This document shows positions 33,010-43,176 of a stretch of 64,000 bases of DNA, piece after piece. The position numbers and the translations under genes are program-made. The notes beneath the pieces are model-generated. The model saw only the letters and a list, made by a program, of their open reading frames with translations, searched no databases and was not told where the DNA came from. The stretch is taken from assembly GCA_963802945.1 (NCBI GenBank), contig CAWDKY010000029.1, forward strand, positions 96,001-160,000. Reading direction: 5' to 3'. Numbering within the stretch: position 1 is the first letter of the stretch; each line of letters starts with the position of its first letter. The stretch is from an uncultured delta proteobacterium (lineage in GTDB: Bacteria; Desulfobacterota; RBG-13-43-22).

Positions 33010-34141
33010 GAGAAGTCTGGATTACAGATGCCGGGGTGGTGACCGCGGCCGGGAAAAACCTTGAGGACACCTGGAGGACCTCGCTATCCGGCCGGACGGC
33101 CATTCGGAAGATAGACCGATTTCCGGTCGAGGCCTACCGGTCGGAGGTCGGCGCATTAATTCAGGGGATAGAATCTTCCGGGGCAGCGTCATTGATTCAT
33201 AAAATCATGGACCTCCTTCTGGATCAGATGGATAAGGTTCCTGCCGATTCCCTGCTGATAACCGCCTCGACCAAGGCCGGCATCGACAACCTGGAAAAGA
33301 TCAAGCAGGGGACGGCCGCTGATTCCGAAGATATTTTACCGGCGTCGATGTCGAATTTGGTAAAGTCCAAACTGGATCTGAAGGGCGAGGTGTTGAACAT
33401 CAGCGCGGCCTGTGCCTCTTCCACCGTGGCTGTGGCCCAGGGAGCGCAGCTCATTGCCTCCGGAGCGGTGGAATCCGGTTGTGATCTGTTGCCGGGATAT
33501 CATCACTGAATTTGTTTTTTCAGGTTTTTCCGCCCTTCAAATCCTGTCGCCGTTTCCTTGCCAGCCTTTTGACCGGGACCGATCCGGTCTTTCCGTAGGA
33601 GAGGGGGGGGCCTTTATTATGCTCATGAGCGCCGAACGGGCACGGCGTCTTGGCTGCCCCCAAAAAGGGATTGTTGCCGGCGCAGGGATATCCAGTGATG
33701 CCCGGCACATCACTGCCCCGGACAGAAACGGGGCCGGTCTAATCAGGGCCATCACCGGAGCCATGAAAGGCGCCGGAGTGGAAAGGTCGGAGATAGCCGG
33801 GATCAGTGCTCATGGAACCGGTACGATTCACAATGACCTCATGGAATTAACCGCCTTTAAGACGGTTTTTGAAAAGCATTGTCCTCCGATTTACTCGGTG
33901 AAGGGGTGTATAGGCCATACCTTCGGGGCAGCGGGAGGGATCGAGATCGCCCTGGGGACCAGGATTCTGGCCGAACAAACTCTCCCGCCTACCGCAGGTT
34001 TTGTGCATCCGGAACAGGGGTGCGGAAGGATTAGTCAGCGCTCAACCCGTTTCCATAAAAGGGGATTATCTCCTGACAACGAACTCCGGTTTCGGCGGCA
34101 TCAATGCGGCCATCATCCTGAAAAGGGGGGAGTTATCGTGA
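33006..34141 (+). CDS. beta-ketoacyl-ACP synthase; two +1 frameshifts (~33475 and ~34020)
   Basis: Reconstructed: AACASS (Cys), PFD..R.G..GEG, HGTGT, KGCIGHT, TNSGFGGINA; stop TGA overlaps the next GTG. Confidence 0.8.
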
Positions 34142-34851
34142 AGGCTATGATAACCGGTGTCGGTTGGGTGAATAGCGCCGGCATGGGACAGGGGAAGCAG
34201 ACCATTTTTCGACGCGGGTCCAGTGAAGCCCGGTTGAAATTTTCGGCCAAGGGTGTTTTTGATAAACCGGTCCCACGCTACGGGAGAATGGATGAATATT
34301 CCCGGCTTGGGTTAACGGCCATAGCCCTGGCCCTGAAAGATGCGGAATTGGATCAATGGACGGAGAGGAGGAATATTGCTATGATAGCCTCAACGGTTTA
34401 CGGGTGCCTGCAAACGGATGCAAAATATTATGATACGGTCCGTGACGAGGGAGGGCGCCTGGCCAGCCCGAACCTTTTTGCTTATACCCTGTCCAACACC
34501 TTTCTGGGTGAGGTTTCTATTTATTTCGGATTGACAGGGGCCGGTTTTGTTATCCATGAAATGTCTCTTGCGGGCCTTTCCGGTTTGCGGTTGGCCATGA
34601 ACAGTATTTTGAGACAGGAGTGTGAGGCGGTCGTAACCGGGATTTGTGACGCCGGGCCGCCCCAGTCGCTTGGATTGACAGGGCGAGCGATCCCAGGGGC
34701 ACTCTTCTTTGTTCTCCAGGCGGAATCCGCAGGGCAAGGCTTGTCTTACGGGGCATTGACACAAAATAAAAGGGGTGCGGTTATTTTTGATGAGAAAAAA
34801 ATCGAAGAACTCCCTGACCTGGCCGAAAGGTGCACCAGAAAAATGAAATAG
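34138..34851 (+). CDS. short ketosynthase N-terminal/chain-length-factor-like protein
   Basis: GTG start KAMITGVGWV; YGRMD.YSRLG, ASPNLFAYTLSN; no C-terminal catalytic His motifs. Confidence 0.75.
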   Translation: MKAMITGVGWVNSAGMGQGKQTIFRRGSSEARLKFSAKGVFDKPVPRYGRMDEYSRLGLTAIALALKDAELDQWTERRNIAMIASTVYGCLQTDAKYYDTVRDEGGRLASPNLFAYTLSNTFLGEVSIYFGLTGAGFVIHEMSLAGLSGLRLAMNSILRQECEAVVTGICDAGPPQSLGLTGRAIPGALFFVLQAESAGQGLSYGALTQNKRGAVIFDEKKIEELPDLAERCTRKMK

Positions 34852-34993
34852 GATTCCTGGATTCAAGGGGATAAGGGATTCAAGCGATTGAAAGGTGCAA
34901 GGTATAAGGTTCAAGGAAGAACCTTATACCTTGCACCTTATACCTTATACCGGCAGTTTCTTTGAACCCTCGAATCCTGGAATTTTCGAGTCC
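34851..34993. repeat. nested octamer/heptamer inverted repeat array
   Basis: ggattcct ggattcaa..ggattcaa | aggtgca aggtata aggttca agg aaga accttat accttgc accttat accttat acc | ttgaaccc tcgaatcc tggaattt tcgagtcc. Confidence 0.75.
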
Positions 34994-35026
34994 TATTTTC
35001 GGAATAGATAAGGACAACAGTAACCC

Positions 35027-36295
35027 ATGAAGATGACACTCATCTATCCCACCTGGCCGAAATTGGAAGGACAGAGGGAATACCATTTGCCGCCCCACGG
35101 TCCGGTGGTGTTTGCCGCCGATGTCCCTCCCGAGGTCGATCTGACTTTTATTGATGAAAATGTTCAGGAGATCCCCTTCGATTCCTCTCCTGATGTGGTT
35201 GCCCTTTCCGTGATGCTCACCAGCCAGCTTCCCAGGGCCTTTGAGATTGCCCGGTATTTTCGTGGGCAGGGGATCACGGTCATTTTCGGCGGTATTGCCG
35301 TGATGCTTCATAGTGAAGAAGTGACGGATCACGCGGATTCAGTATTCCTGGGCGAAGTGGAGGGCCGATTTGCTGCCGTCCTTTCGGATTTCAAACAGGG
35401 CCGATTGAAAAAGGTATACAACTACATGAACGATTTCCCGGAGATAAATCTGGTGGGCACGGCCAGACGGGAGATCCTCAATCGTTCTTTCTACAACTAC
35501 CGTGGGGTCCAGATGTTTGACCTCGTTCATGCTTCCAGAGGGTGCAAATTCAATTGCTTTCCCTGCTGCACGGGTTTCCTGGGAGGGCGAAGGTTTCGTC
35601 CTCGGCCTATCGACCGGGTCATCGAAGAAATGGCCTCTATTCCTAACAACCGGTTGTTCATTGTTGACAACTCTCTGGCCCAGGACCGTCAATGGTTATT
35701 AGATCTGTTTTCGGCCATGATCCCCCTTAAAAAAAAGTGGGTATCCCATCCGATCCTTGATGATGACCAGGTACTTTCTCTGGCAGCCAAGGCCGGTTCC
35801 TGGTATGTGTACCAGGCCATTTTTGACACCTCGGAAGTGATCCGCAACCGGGTAAAAAGACTGAAAGACCATGGCATCGGCATTGAAGGCACTATTATTC
35901 TGGGAACAGACGACCAGGATGAGGATTATATCAAGAGACTGGTTGATTTTCTGTTGGAGATCGGGATTGATATGGCGGAGTTTACCATTATGACCCCTTT
36001 CCCTCACTCTCCTATAAGGGAACAGATGGAAAGGGAAGGCCGGATTCTCAGCAATAACTGGATTGACTACACGGCGGATAAGGTCGTCTTTCAACCCAAG
36101 CGCATGACCCCGGAAAAACTTCGTGAAATGTTTCATTACGCTTGGGACACCTTCTATCAGGGGGGGGGCTACCAGCTTAAAATGGGCGAACTTTTCAAAA
36201 AAGCCATTCGGCGGGAAATGGATGACGGGACCTACCGGAGATATGACGCCAGGAGGAAGCGGTCCTTTAAAACCGAGTTGAAAACCGATGAGTAG
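35027..36295 (+). CDS. cobalamin-binding radical SAM protein
   Basis: N-terminal B12-type Rossmann domain (IDEN, VALSV, VIFGG, GEVE), SRGCKFNCFPC (CxxxCxxC), TPFPHSP. Confidence 0.88.
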   Translation: MKMTLIYPTWPKLEGQREYHLPPHGPVVFAADVPPEVDLTFIDENVQEIPFDSSPDVVALSVMLTSQLPRAFEIARYFRGQGITVIFGGIAVMLHSEEVTDHADSVFLGEVEGRFAAVLSDFKQGRLKKVYNYMNDFPEINLVGTARREILNRSFYNYRGVQMFDLVHASRGCKFNCFPCCTGFLGGRRFRPRPIDRVIEEMASIPNNRLFIVDNSLAQDRQWLLDLFSAMIPLKKKWVSHPILDDDQVLSLAAKAGSWYVYQAIFDTSEVIRNRVKRLKDHGIGIEGTIILGTDDQDEDYIKRLVDFLLEIGIDMAEFTIMTPFPHSPIREQMEREGRILSNNWIDYTADKVVFQPKRMTPEKLREMFHYAWDTFYQGGGYQLKMGELFKKAIRREMDDGTYRRYDARRKRSFKTELKTDE

Positions 36296-37652
36296 GGTAT
36301 TTCTTCTTTCTTCTAATACCATGACCGAACCCTATCCGGTATATCCCTTGGGGATGGCGATAGTGGCTTCAGCCTTGGTCTCCGCCGGACACCAGGTTCA
36401 GCAGTTTGATTTCCTGGCCGAAGGCCGCAACTACAACCGTCTTCACCAGGCCATTCAAGAATTCAATCCCGATTTCGTCGGGGTTTCGATGCGCAATATC
36501 GACAATGTGGATTCCTTTACCTCGGAAGAATCCTGGGCCTTGGCCTTGGATAAGGAAATAATCAAGAGGATCAGAGGGGCTACTGGGGCCCCTGTGGTTT
36601 TGGGCGGATCGGCCTTCTCCCTCATGCCCGAAGAGATCCTTGAATTTGTCGGCGCCGATTATGGGATTATTGGGGATGGAGGAATTCTCTTTACTCATTG
36701 GCTTGAATGTTTTGAACAGGGACAAAAAATCCCTCTGATCTCAAGAGAGAACCATCCTCTCGATCTCGGTGATATGACCGTACCTCCTCTATGGAACGAA
36801 TCAATCATCAATTATTACAAAGAAAGCAGCAAAGTGATCGGCCTCAGGACCAAACGCGGCTGTCCCCATCACTGTGCTTATTGTACCTATCCGGCTTTGG
36901 AAGGGAGCAAGGTCAGACACAGGGAACCTGGATCAGTGATAGAGGATATCCGACGATTGCAAAAGGACTACCATATTGAAACTATTTTTTTTACCGATTC
37001 GGTATTTAACGATGATGAAGAAACCTATCTTGAGATGGTTGAGGAACTCATAAGAAGTGAAATCCGTATGCCCTGGTCGGCCTTTTTTCAACCTATAGGA
37101 ATCGAGAATAAACATTTACGGCGGTTAAAACGTTCTGGTCTCTATGCTGCGGAATCGGGGACGGATGCCTCCAGCGACGCAACCTTGGAGGGACTCAACA
37201 AGGGCTTTTGTTTCGACGATGTGGTGCATTTCAATGAGATTTGTCTTAATCAGGAGATCCCCTGCGCCCATTACATCATGTTCGGGGGACCCGGCGAGAC
37301 GAGAGGTACCGTCAAAGACGGATTAGACAATATTGAATTATTGAAGAACTGTGTTGTCCTGGCTTTTTCCGGGGTGCGTCTCTTACCCGGTACGCTCCTC
37401 TACTGGAAGGCCGTGAAAGAGGGAATTGTGCAGGAAGAGGACTCCCTTTTAAAGCCCGTTTTTTATTTTTCTCCTGATATTGAGCCCGAAACCATGAATA
37501 AGACCCTTGCAGAGGCCTTCAAACATCAGCGACAAAGGATTTTTCCTCCCTCCGCATGCCAGGAAAAACTTAAGCTCCTGAGACGTTTCGGTTACCGGGG
37601 CCCCCTGTGGGAAACACTGATTTCTTTTAACAAAGCCCAGTTAAGGAAATGA
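36288..37652 (+). CDS. lipid-biosynthesis B12-binding radical SAM protein
   Basis: PYPVYPLGM, VSMRNIDN, VLGGSAFS, KRGCPHHCAYCTYP, FFTDSVFN, FGGPGET; resembles my recollection of the TIGR04072 family. Confidence 0.85.
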   Translation: MSRVFLLSSNTMTEPYPVYPLGMAIVASALVSAGHQVQQFDFLAEGRNYNRLHQAIQEFNPDFVGVSMRNIDNVDSFTSEESWALALDKEIIKRIRGATGAPVVLGGSAFSLMPEEILEFVGADYGIIGDGGILFTHWLECFEQGQKIPLISRENHPLDLGDMTVPPLWNESIINYYKESSKVIGLRTKRGCPHHCAYCTYPALEGSKVRHREPGSVIEDIRRLQKDYHIETIFFTDSVFNDDEETYLEMVEELIRSEIRMPWSAFFQPIGIENKHLRRLKRSGLYAAESGTDASSDATLEGLNKGFCFDDVVHFNEICLNQEIPCAHYIMFGGPGETRGTVKDGLDNIELLKNCVVLAFSGVRLLPGTLLYWKAVKEGIVQEEDSLLKPVFYFSPDIEPETMNKTLAEAFKHQRQRIFPPSACQEKLKLLRRFGYRGPLWETLISFNKAQLRK

Positions 37653-37670
37653 CCTGGAGGGAGTCTGATT

Positions 37671-38456
37671 TTGTCTGAAAACTTAAAAGTCATCCTCGTC
37701 ATCCCGGTATACAATCATGGGAAAACCTTAAGTGAGGTGGTCCATCAGGCCCTTGAAACGGGCGCCGAGGTCATGGTGGTTGACGACGGCAGTACTGATG
37801 GGGGCCTGGAAACGCTTTCCGGGCTTCAGGTAATGACCATCCGCCATCCGCAAAACAGGGGTAAGGGGGCGGCCATCCTAACAGCGGCCAAGGAAGCCGG
37901 AAGACTCGGGATGACCCATATGGTCACCATAGATGCCGATGGGCAGCATGACCCGGGTGATTTTTTACGCTTCCTCCCAATGATCCGGGAAAATCCACTG
38001 GCCATGGTCATAGGAACAAGGGTTTTTGACAAAAAGGCTACTCCTTTGTTATCTCGATTCGGCCGGAGTTTTTCCAATTTCTGGTTCAGGATACAGACCG
38101 GCCATTCTTTAAAGGACACCCAGAGCGGTTTCCGGGTCTATCCGGTTGCTGTCCTATCCTGGTTAAAGCTCCACGAGAAACGATTTTCCTTCGAAGTGGA
38201 AGTGTCAGTGAAGGCTGCCTGGGCCGGTATCGAAATCAAGGAAGTGGATATTTCGGTCCATTATCCCCTCTACGGTGAACGGGTTTCGCATTTTCACCTT
38301 TTCAAAGACAATCTGGCCCTTACCTTACTCAACACCCGGCTCACCCTAAGGGCCTTTATCCCTATGCCACACAGGCAGTTTTCCAACCTTCAAAAACCCT
38401 TAGGAAAAGATAATGATCTTTCACCTTATGAAGTTTTTGAGGAAAAGCATGAATAG
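37671..38456 (+). CDS. glycosyltransferase family 2
   Basis: VIPVYNH, VDDGSTD, NRGKG, DADGQH, DTQSGFRVYP, RVSHF. Confidence 0.9.
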   Translation: MSENLKVILVIPVYNHGKTLSEVVHQALETGAEVMVVDDGSTDGGLETLSGLQVMTIRHPQNRGKGAAILTAAKEAGRLGMTHMVTIDADGQHDPGDFLRFLPMIRENPLAMVIGTRVFDKKATPLLSRFGRSFSNFWFRIQTGHSLKDTQSGFRVYPVAVLSWLKLHEKRFSFEVEVSVKAAWAGIEIKEVDISVHYPLYGERVSHFHLFKDNLALTLLNTRLTLRAFIPMPHRQFSNLQKPLGKDNDLSPYEVFEEKHE

Positions 38457-38903
38457 AGAAGGGCAGTCAAGGGAAAATCCGGATCAACGGACCAGCCGAA
38501 GTCTCGGTTCAAATTTTCAGCACCATATTTTCTATGCCCTTATTTGGTTCGGCGGATCAAAGGCTGCTTAGGCCCTACTTTATAGAATTGCCATGTATTT
38601 TACTTTTTACTCCGGCGATCAGGGGAAAAGTGTACTATTATCTGCAGCGGAGGTTTGAGACGAAAAATTTATTAAAAAAAGGTTGAACAGCTTCCGTATT
38701 TATGTCAATTTTGGAATGGTTTAGATCGATGAGGCCGTCATCGGGATCCATGGGCCGGATATGATGAAGGTGGCTTTTGATGATCGAGAAACCATACGGG
38801 CACTAGATCATCCCTATGTTGCCTAATTTGTCGAGGCCTTGGAAGCGTGCGTCCAAAGGTATCCCTGTTATAATATGTGGGAAGAAGATCTGGAAGTAAT
38901 TTA
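38449..38903 (+). pseudogene. decayed LpxL/LPLAT-type acyltransferase
   Basis: MNREG..RTSRSLGSNFQHHIFYALIWFGG.KAA* ... NFGMV*IDEAVIGIHGP ... A*FVEALEACVQRYP.YNMW; several in-frame stops, a frameshift and an apparent large internal deletion. Confidence 0.6.
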
Positions 38904-38922
38904 AGGGAAGAAAGGTCGTCTT

Positions 38923-39177
38923 ATGACCATTAAAGAAAAGCTGAAAAAAATGATTGTGGAAGAACTCAAACTGGAAGAGATCCAACCCGAAGAGATCGAG
39001 GATGATGCCCCTCTGTTCGGCGAGGGATTGGGACTCGATTCTTTGGATGCCGTTGAACTCGTTGTTCTTATTGAAAAGCATTTTGGAGTTGAAATCAAGA
39101 ACCTTGATAAAGGGCGTGTTGCCTTCCAGTCGATTAATACATTGGCTGCTTTCATAGAGGAGAGACAGGTTTCATGA
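38923..39177 (+). CDS. acyl carrier protein
   Basis: PLFGEGLGLDSLDAVEL (Ppant Ser). Confidence 0.93.
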   Translation: MTIKEKLKKMIVEELKLEEIQPEEIEDDAPLFGEGLGLDSLDAVELVVLIEKHFGVEIKNLDKGRVAFQSINTLAAFIEERQVS

Positions 39178-40379
39178 GCTTCACCTCCTCTGTGGCTATA
39201 ACCGGAATGGGCTGTCTGTGTGCCCCGGGTCATACCCTTACGGAATGCATGGATGCCCTTTTCAGGGGGGAAAGAAATCCTGCTCCGTCTTCAAGATTCC
39301 ATTCCGATCATTCGGTTTCCTATCCGGTTTTTGAAGTTACCGACGACCTGACATCGTTAAAAATCAAGGGGACCAAAAATGGCTCGCGTACTGCCAGGCT
39401 GGCCATGGCCGCGGCCTTGGAAGCCATCGGCAATGCCGGACTGGATAAGGAATGGATTCGTTCAAAACGGGTAGGGGTCTGTATGGGTACAACTGTAGGC
39501 AGTGCCATGAACAATGAAGCTTTTTATCGACAATACCGACAGGACGAGGAGCCGGATATGGACCCCATCACCAGGTTTCTTAACAATAATCCAGCGTCGG
39601 TTCTGTCCAGGGCGTTTAATCTGACCGGGCCCTGTCAGACAGTGGTCAATGCCTGTTCTTCCGGTACTGATGCGGTCGGACTCGGGGCCCTCTGGATTCA
39701 ATCGGGACTATGCGATATCGTACTGGCCGGCGGGGCCGATGAACTTTGCCATGTCACCTACAATGGATTTATCTCGCTTATGGTTACCGACGACTTGCCC
39801 TGCAAACCCTTTGATGTAGAACGGAAAGGTCTGAATCTGGGTGAAGGTGCTGCCGTGCTGGTTTTGGAATCCGAAGATTCAAGTCAGGCCAGGAAGAAAC
39901 AGGCCCGGGCCTTTGTCCGGGGGTACGGAGCCTCCTGCGATGCTTATCACCTGACCGCCCCTCATCCCCAGGGATATGGTCTAAAACGGGCGATTGAAGA
40001 GGCCATGGAAATAAGCGGCTCTGCTGCTTCGGATCTGGCCTTCGTCAATGCCCACGGAACAGGCACCAAGGATAATGACCGAGTCGAGTCTCAAGTCTTT
40101 AGTGACCTTTTACCAGGGATTCCTTTCCTTTCCACCAAGGGATATACGGGTCACACCCTGGGTGCGGCCGGGGCCATTGAAGCGGCTTTCACCGTGGCCT
40201 GTCTGGAAGAGGGGAGGATACCGAAAAGTGTCGGTTTCACCACCTCTGATCCGGAATTACCATGTTCCCCTGCAGGAATGGAAATGAGCGTTAAAGGAGC
40301 TGTTGCCCTTTCAGAGTCCCTGGCCTTTGGCGGCCATAACGCAGTTCTGATCATTGGGATAGAAAGAGGTCTGTTATGA
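39174..40379 (+). CDS. beta-ketoacyl-ACP synthase
   Basis: NACSSG, PFD..R.GL.LGEG, HGTGT, KGYTGHTLG, LAFGGHN. Confidence 0.92.
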   Translation: MSFTSSVAITGMGCLCAPGHTLTECMDALFRGERNPAPSSRFHSDHSVSYPVFEVTDDLTSLKIKGTKNGSRTARLAMAAALEAIGNAGLDKEWIRSKRVGVCMGTTVGSAMNNEAFYRQYRQDEEPDMDPITRFLNNNPASVLSRAFNLTGPCQTVVNACSSGTDAVGLGALWIQSGLCDIVLAGGADELCHVTYNGFISLMVTDDLPCKPFDVERKGLNLGEGAAVLVLESEDSSQARKKQARAFVRGYGASCDAYHLTAPHPQGYGLKRAIEEAMEISGSAASDLAFVNAHGTGTKDNDRVESQVFSDLLPGIPFLSTKGYTGHTLGAAGAIEAAFTVACLEEGRIPKSVGFTTSDPELPCSPAGMEMSVKGAVALSESLAFGGHNAVLIIGIERGLL

Positions 40380-41503
40380 GGCTGGCCATTCAAGGGGTTG
40401 GTGTGGTTGGTGGATTCGGCTGTGGCGTAGAAGCCTTAAGCCATGCGCTGGCTAATCAAGAGTCCAAGAGACAGAGTGTTTCTATCAAAACCGCCCAGGG
40501 AATGTGCAAGGTACCCGCCTTTCTGGCCGATACCTCCAGACTTGAGGATTTCGTGAATAAGAAGGCCCTGCGCAGGATCGATCACTATTCAAAACTGGCT
40601 CTGCTGGGGGCTTATCTGGCTCTCAATGATGCCGGCGGGGGTGCCGGACAATCAGAGGCAGACCGACAAAGGATGGGCATGATCATAGCTACCGGCTATG
40701 GGGCCTGCCGAACCACCTTTACCTTTCTTGATTCGTTTATTAATGACGGAGATAAATTTTCATCGCCGACCTATTTCTCAAATTCCGTTCATAATGCCGC
40801 CTTGGCCAACGTTTCCATGCTTTTGGGCATAACCGGGCCTGGTTTGACCGTAAGTCAACTCGAGATGTCCATCCCATCGTCCCTCTTTACCGCCAGAAAC
40901 TGGCTGGAAGAAGGCCGGGTCGATTCAGTACTTTTTGGGGGGATCGATGAATACTGTGATGTTCTGGGCTACTGTTGGCACCGTTTTTTTGGAGAACAAG
41001 GGGATACCGGCCAGGACATGAATCCTCTCTCTTTCAATCTGCAGAGCGCCATGCCCGGAGAAGGGGCGGCCTTTTTTTTGCTGACAAGAGCAGAAAAAGA
41101 CATGACTCCCTATGGGTGTATTGGTGATATAGCCATGGGGAGATTCGATCGAGGAAATTTAGAAGTGCCTGAAGAAGCAGTGCTGATCATCGGTGCTGAT
41201 GGTCAGAAAAAGTGCGGGAGTTATTATAAACGATATATTCCCGAGAGTGCACCGATGGCCTGTTACACCCCTCTCTATGGAAGCCTTCCGGTTGGCCCGG
41301 CCTTCGATATGGCCATAGCTGCTTTATCCATAAAAAACAACAAGGTTTTTCCTTCTCCCCATTGCCTCACGGAGATTCCTGAGATGAGGATCATAAGCAA
41401 AGAGACTGATCTCGCTTGGGAAAAAATCTGCTGCTTAAAAATAGACGGTTATGGTGAATGGGGAAGAATTACTTTGAGTGCTTTTCCTCTTTCCATCCTT
41501 TAA
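40376..41503 (+). CDS. ketosynthase chain-length-factor-like protein
   Basis: LRRIDHYSKL, SPTYFSNSVHN, VSQLEMS in place of the active Cys, GEGAAFF. Confidence 0.8.
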   Translation: MRLAIQGVGVVGGFGCGVEALSHALANQESKRQSVSIKTAQGMCKVPAFLADTSRLEDFVNKKALRRIDHYSKLALLGAYLALNDAGGGAGQSEADRQRMGMIIATGYGACRTTFTFLDSFINDGDKFSSPTYFSNSVHNAALANVSMLLGITGPGLTVSQLEMSIPSSLFTARNWLEEGRVDSVLFGGIDEYCDVLGYCWHRFFGEQGDTGQDMNPLSFNLQSAMPGEGAAFFLLTRAEKDMTPYGCIGDIAMGRFDRGNLEVPEEAVLIIGADGQKKCGSYYKRYIPESAPMACYTPLYGSLPVGPAFDMAIAALSIKNNKVFPSPHCLTEIPEMRIISKETDLAWEKICCLKIDGYGEWGRITLSAFPLSIL

Positions 41504-41640
41504 GATCAAGTGCAATGTTTCCCTGATTTTCAAGGGCTACCAGTAAGGGTTTATTAAGTTCTTCTATTCACTTGATGACCTTTTAAAACCAGGGAAAAGG
41601 ACTAAAGTTGAGGGCATTGGGTACGACTCCTCCTCAGAAA

Positions 41641-43128
41641 CTAGATTCGCACCTCTTGCTTGAATCGCTCTGAGCCCACGATAAATTTCACAGTGGAGAG
41701 AGAACCTAAAATTGTGCCCAAAATACCCGGGGCCAACACGCTCTGGCCGGCCAAAAAAAGGCCTCGCAAGGAGGTCCGATTCAACAACGCGGCCGAAAGC
41801 ATTTGGTCGTTCGATCGCATGACCCCGTAAGCCGATCCTTCAGGACTGTTGACCCAATCCCGGATAGTCAAAGGGGTAAAGACGTCGAGGATCTCCAGCC
41901 CATGGAAGGGACCTAAAATCTTTTCTGCCCTCCCAATAATACTATGGGCCATATCAAGTTTCTTCTGGATGTAATCCGGACCGCGCTGTCCGGAGTGTGT
42001 CTGTTGCCAGGCTTGCCATATTTCATTATGACCTGAGGTGATCAGCGTCAACAGATTCTGTCCCGGTTCATCACTGGAGCGTAATTGCAGAAAGATCAGG
42101 TCCAGGAGGTCACCGTTGGAGTCGGGCTGTGCCAGGTATAAATTATGTAGAATTTCGGGGTGCAGCTCGGTCGGCACAAGGGCGTGTACCGCCATCATAC
42201 CGGCGGTATCCCTTAACTCCATAATCCTCCGACGGTAGGAGGCTTTAATGACTCCAGGCTCTAATAACTCGATTATCCTCTTAGGGTGGATCGTGCCGAC
42301 AATGAAGGAGGCGTCAAGGGTTTCTCCTGATTCCAGGGTAACTCCCCGGACCCGGCCGTCGGCCGTTCGAATGCCGGCTACCGCTTCTCCGGTACGCAAG
42401 CCTCCTCCCAGGGATTTCAGGCGTTGAGCGCAGACGTCAACCATGGTCGCTCCCTGCCCTTTTAGGCGCCAGGCGGACAAAAGGTAGCTGGCCAGGGTCA
42501 TGGAGTGATAGAACTGGGGGCACACTTCATGAGGCACACCAATCAAGACTGACGGCAGTCCAAAGACAGCCCGCAGCCCGGGGGAACAGCCGATCCGGTC
42601 GAAAATCGCTCCCAGCGGTTCGGCTTGATCAAACCAGTATTCAGTCGGTCGGTCGGAATATAAAAATGACAGGCGGTCCAATTGGTCGGCGCCGCGGCGT
42701 AACATAGCCATCAAAGCGGCCACTTGTGTTCTTTGGGTTGGAAAGGCGGTGTTTAAACTGGCTTCGTAAGACTCAAAACCGGTGGGCACATCGAAACTAT
42801 CGATCCCAAGATGGTTGTCGGTGAAAATGATACCGTCCACCGGCGCATCAATCCCCATCCGAATAAGTGGAAGCTGATCGGTAATTCCCAGAAAATCGAA
42901 ACAGCGGCGCAGAATCTGGCCATGATCCAGGGCGCCCATGTAATGCAGGCCGACGTTGCACTGCACCCCCCGGCGTGCGTAGCTGCGCATCATCCCACCG
43001 GGTTGTCGATTCTTCTCGATGACGGTGACTTCAAAACCGAGCTTGGCTAAAATGATGCCCGTGCTCAGGCCACCGATCCCGGAGCCGATGACCAGGACCT
43101 TTTCCTTGCCTTCTTTTAGTGCAGGCAT
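41641..43128 (-). CDS. phytoene desaturase (CrtI)-like FAD oxidoreductase
   Basis: VIGSGIGGL..EKN..PGG, GLHY, TPLT.RDW..SP.GSAYG, LFLAGQS. Confidence 0.85.
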   Translation of the reverse strand: MPALKEGKEKVLVIGSGIGGLSTGIILAKLGFEVTVIEKNRQPGGMMRSYARRGVQCNVGLHYMGALDHGQILRRCFDFLGITDQLPLIRMGIDAPVDGIIFTDNHLGIDSFDVPTGFESYEASLNTAFPTQRTQVAALMAMLRRGADQLDRLSFLYSDRPTEYWFDQAEPLGAIFDRIGCSPGLRAVFGLPSVLIGVPHEVCPQFYHSMTLASYLLSAWRLKGQGATMVDVCAQRLKSLGGGLRTGEAVAGIRTADGRVRGVTLESGETLDASFIVGTIHPKRIIELLEPGVIKASYRRRIMELRDTAGMMAVHALVPTELHPEILHNLYLAQPDSNGDLLDLIFLQLRSSDEPGQNLLTLITSGHNEIWQAWQQTHSGQRGPDYIQKKLDMAHSIIGRAEKILGPFHGLEILDVFTPLTIRDWVNSPEGSAYGVMRSNDQMLSAALLNRTSLRGLFLAGQSVLAPGILGTILGSLSTVKFIVGSERFKQEVRI

Positions 43129-43176
43129 TGGATTGTTCCCTTTCTAGTAAGCTTCCATTCTAAAAATGCAGAAGAG

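Noticed and set aside
33412-34851. 479-aa apparent KS-CLF fusion ORF
   Set aside because: Produced by two +1 frameshifts. The corrected KS stops at 34141, overlapping the GTG start of a separate gene at 34138.
34851-34993. Repeat arrays as CRISPR
   Set aside because: Units are 7-8 nt with no unique spacers, and there are no cas genes in the window.
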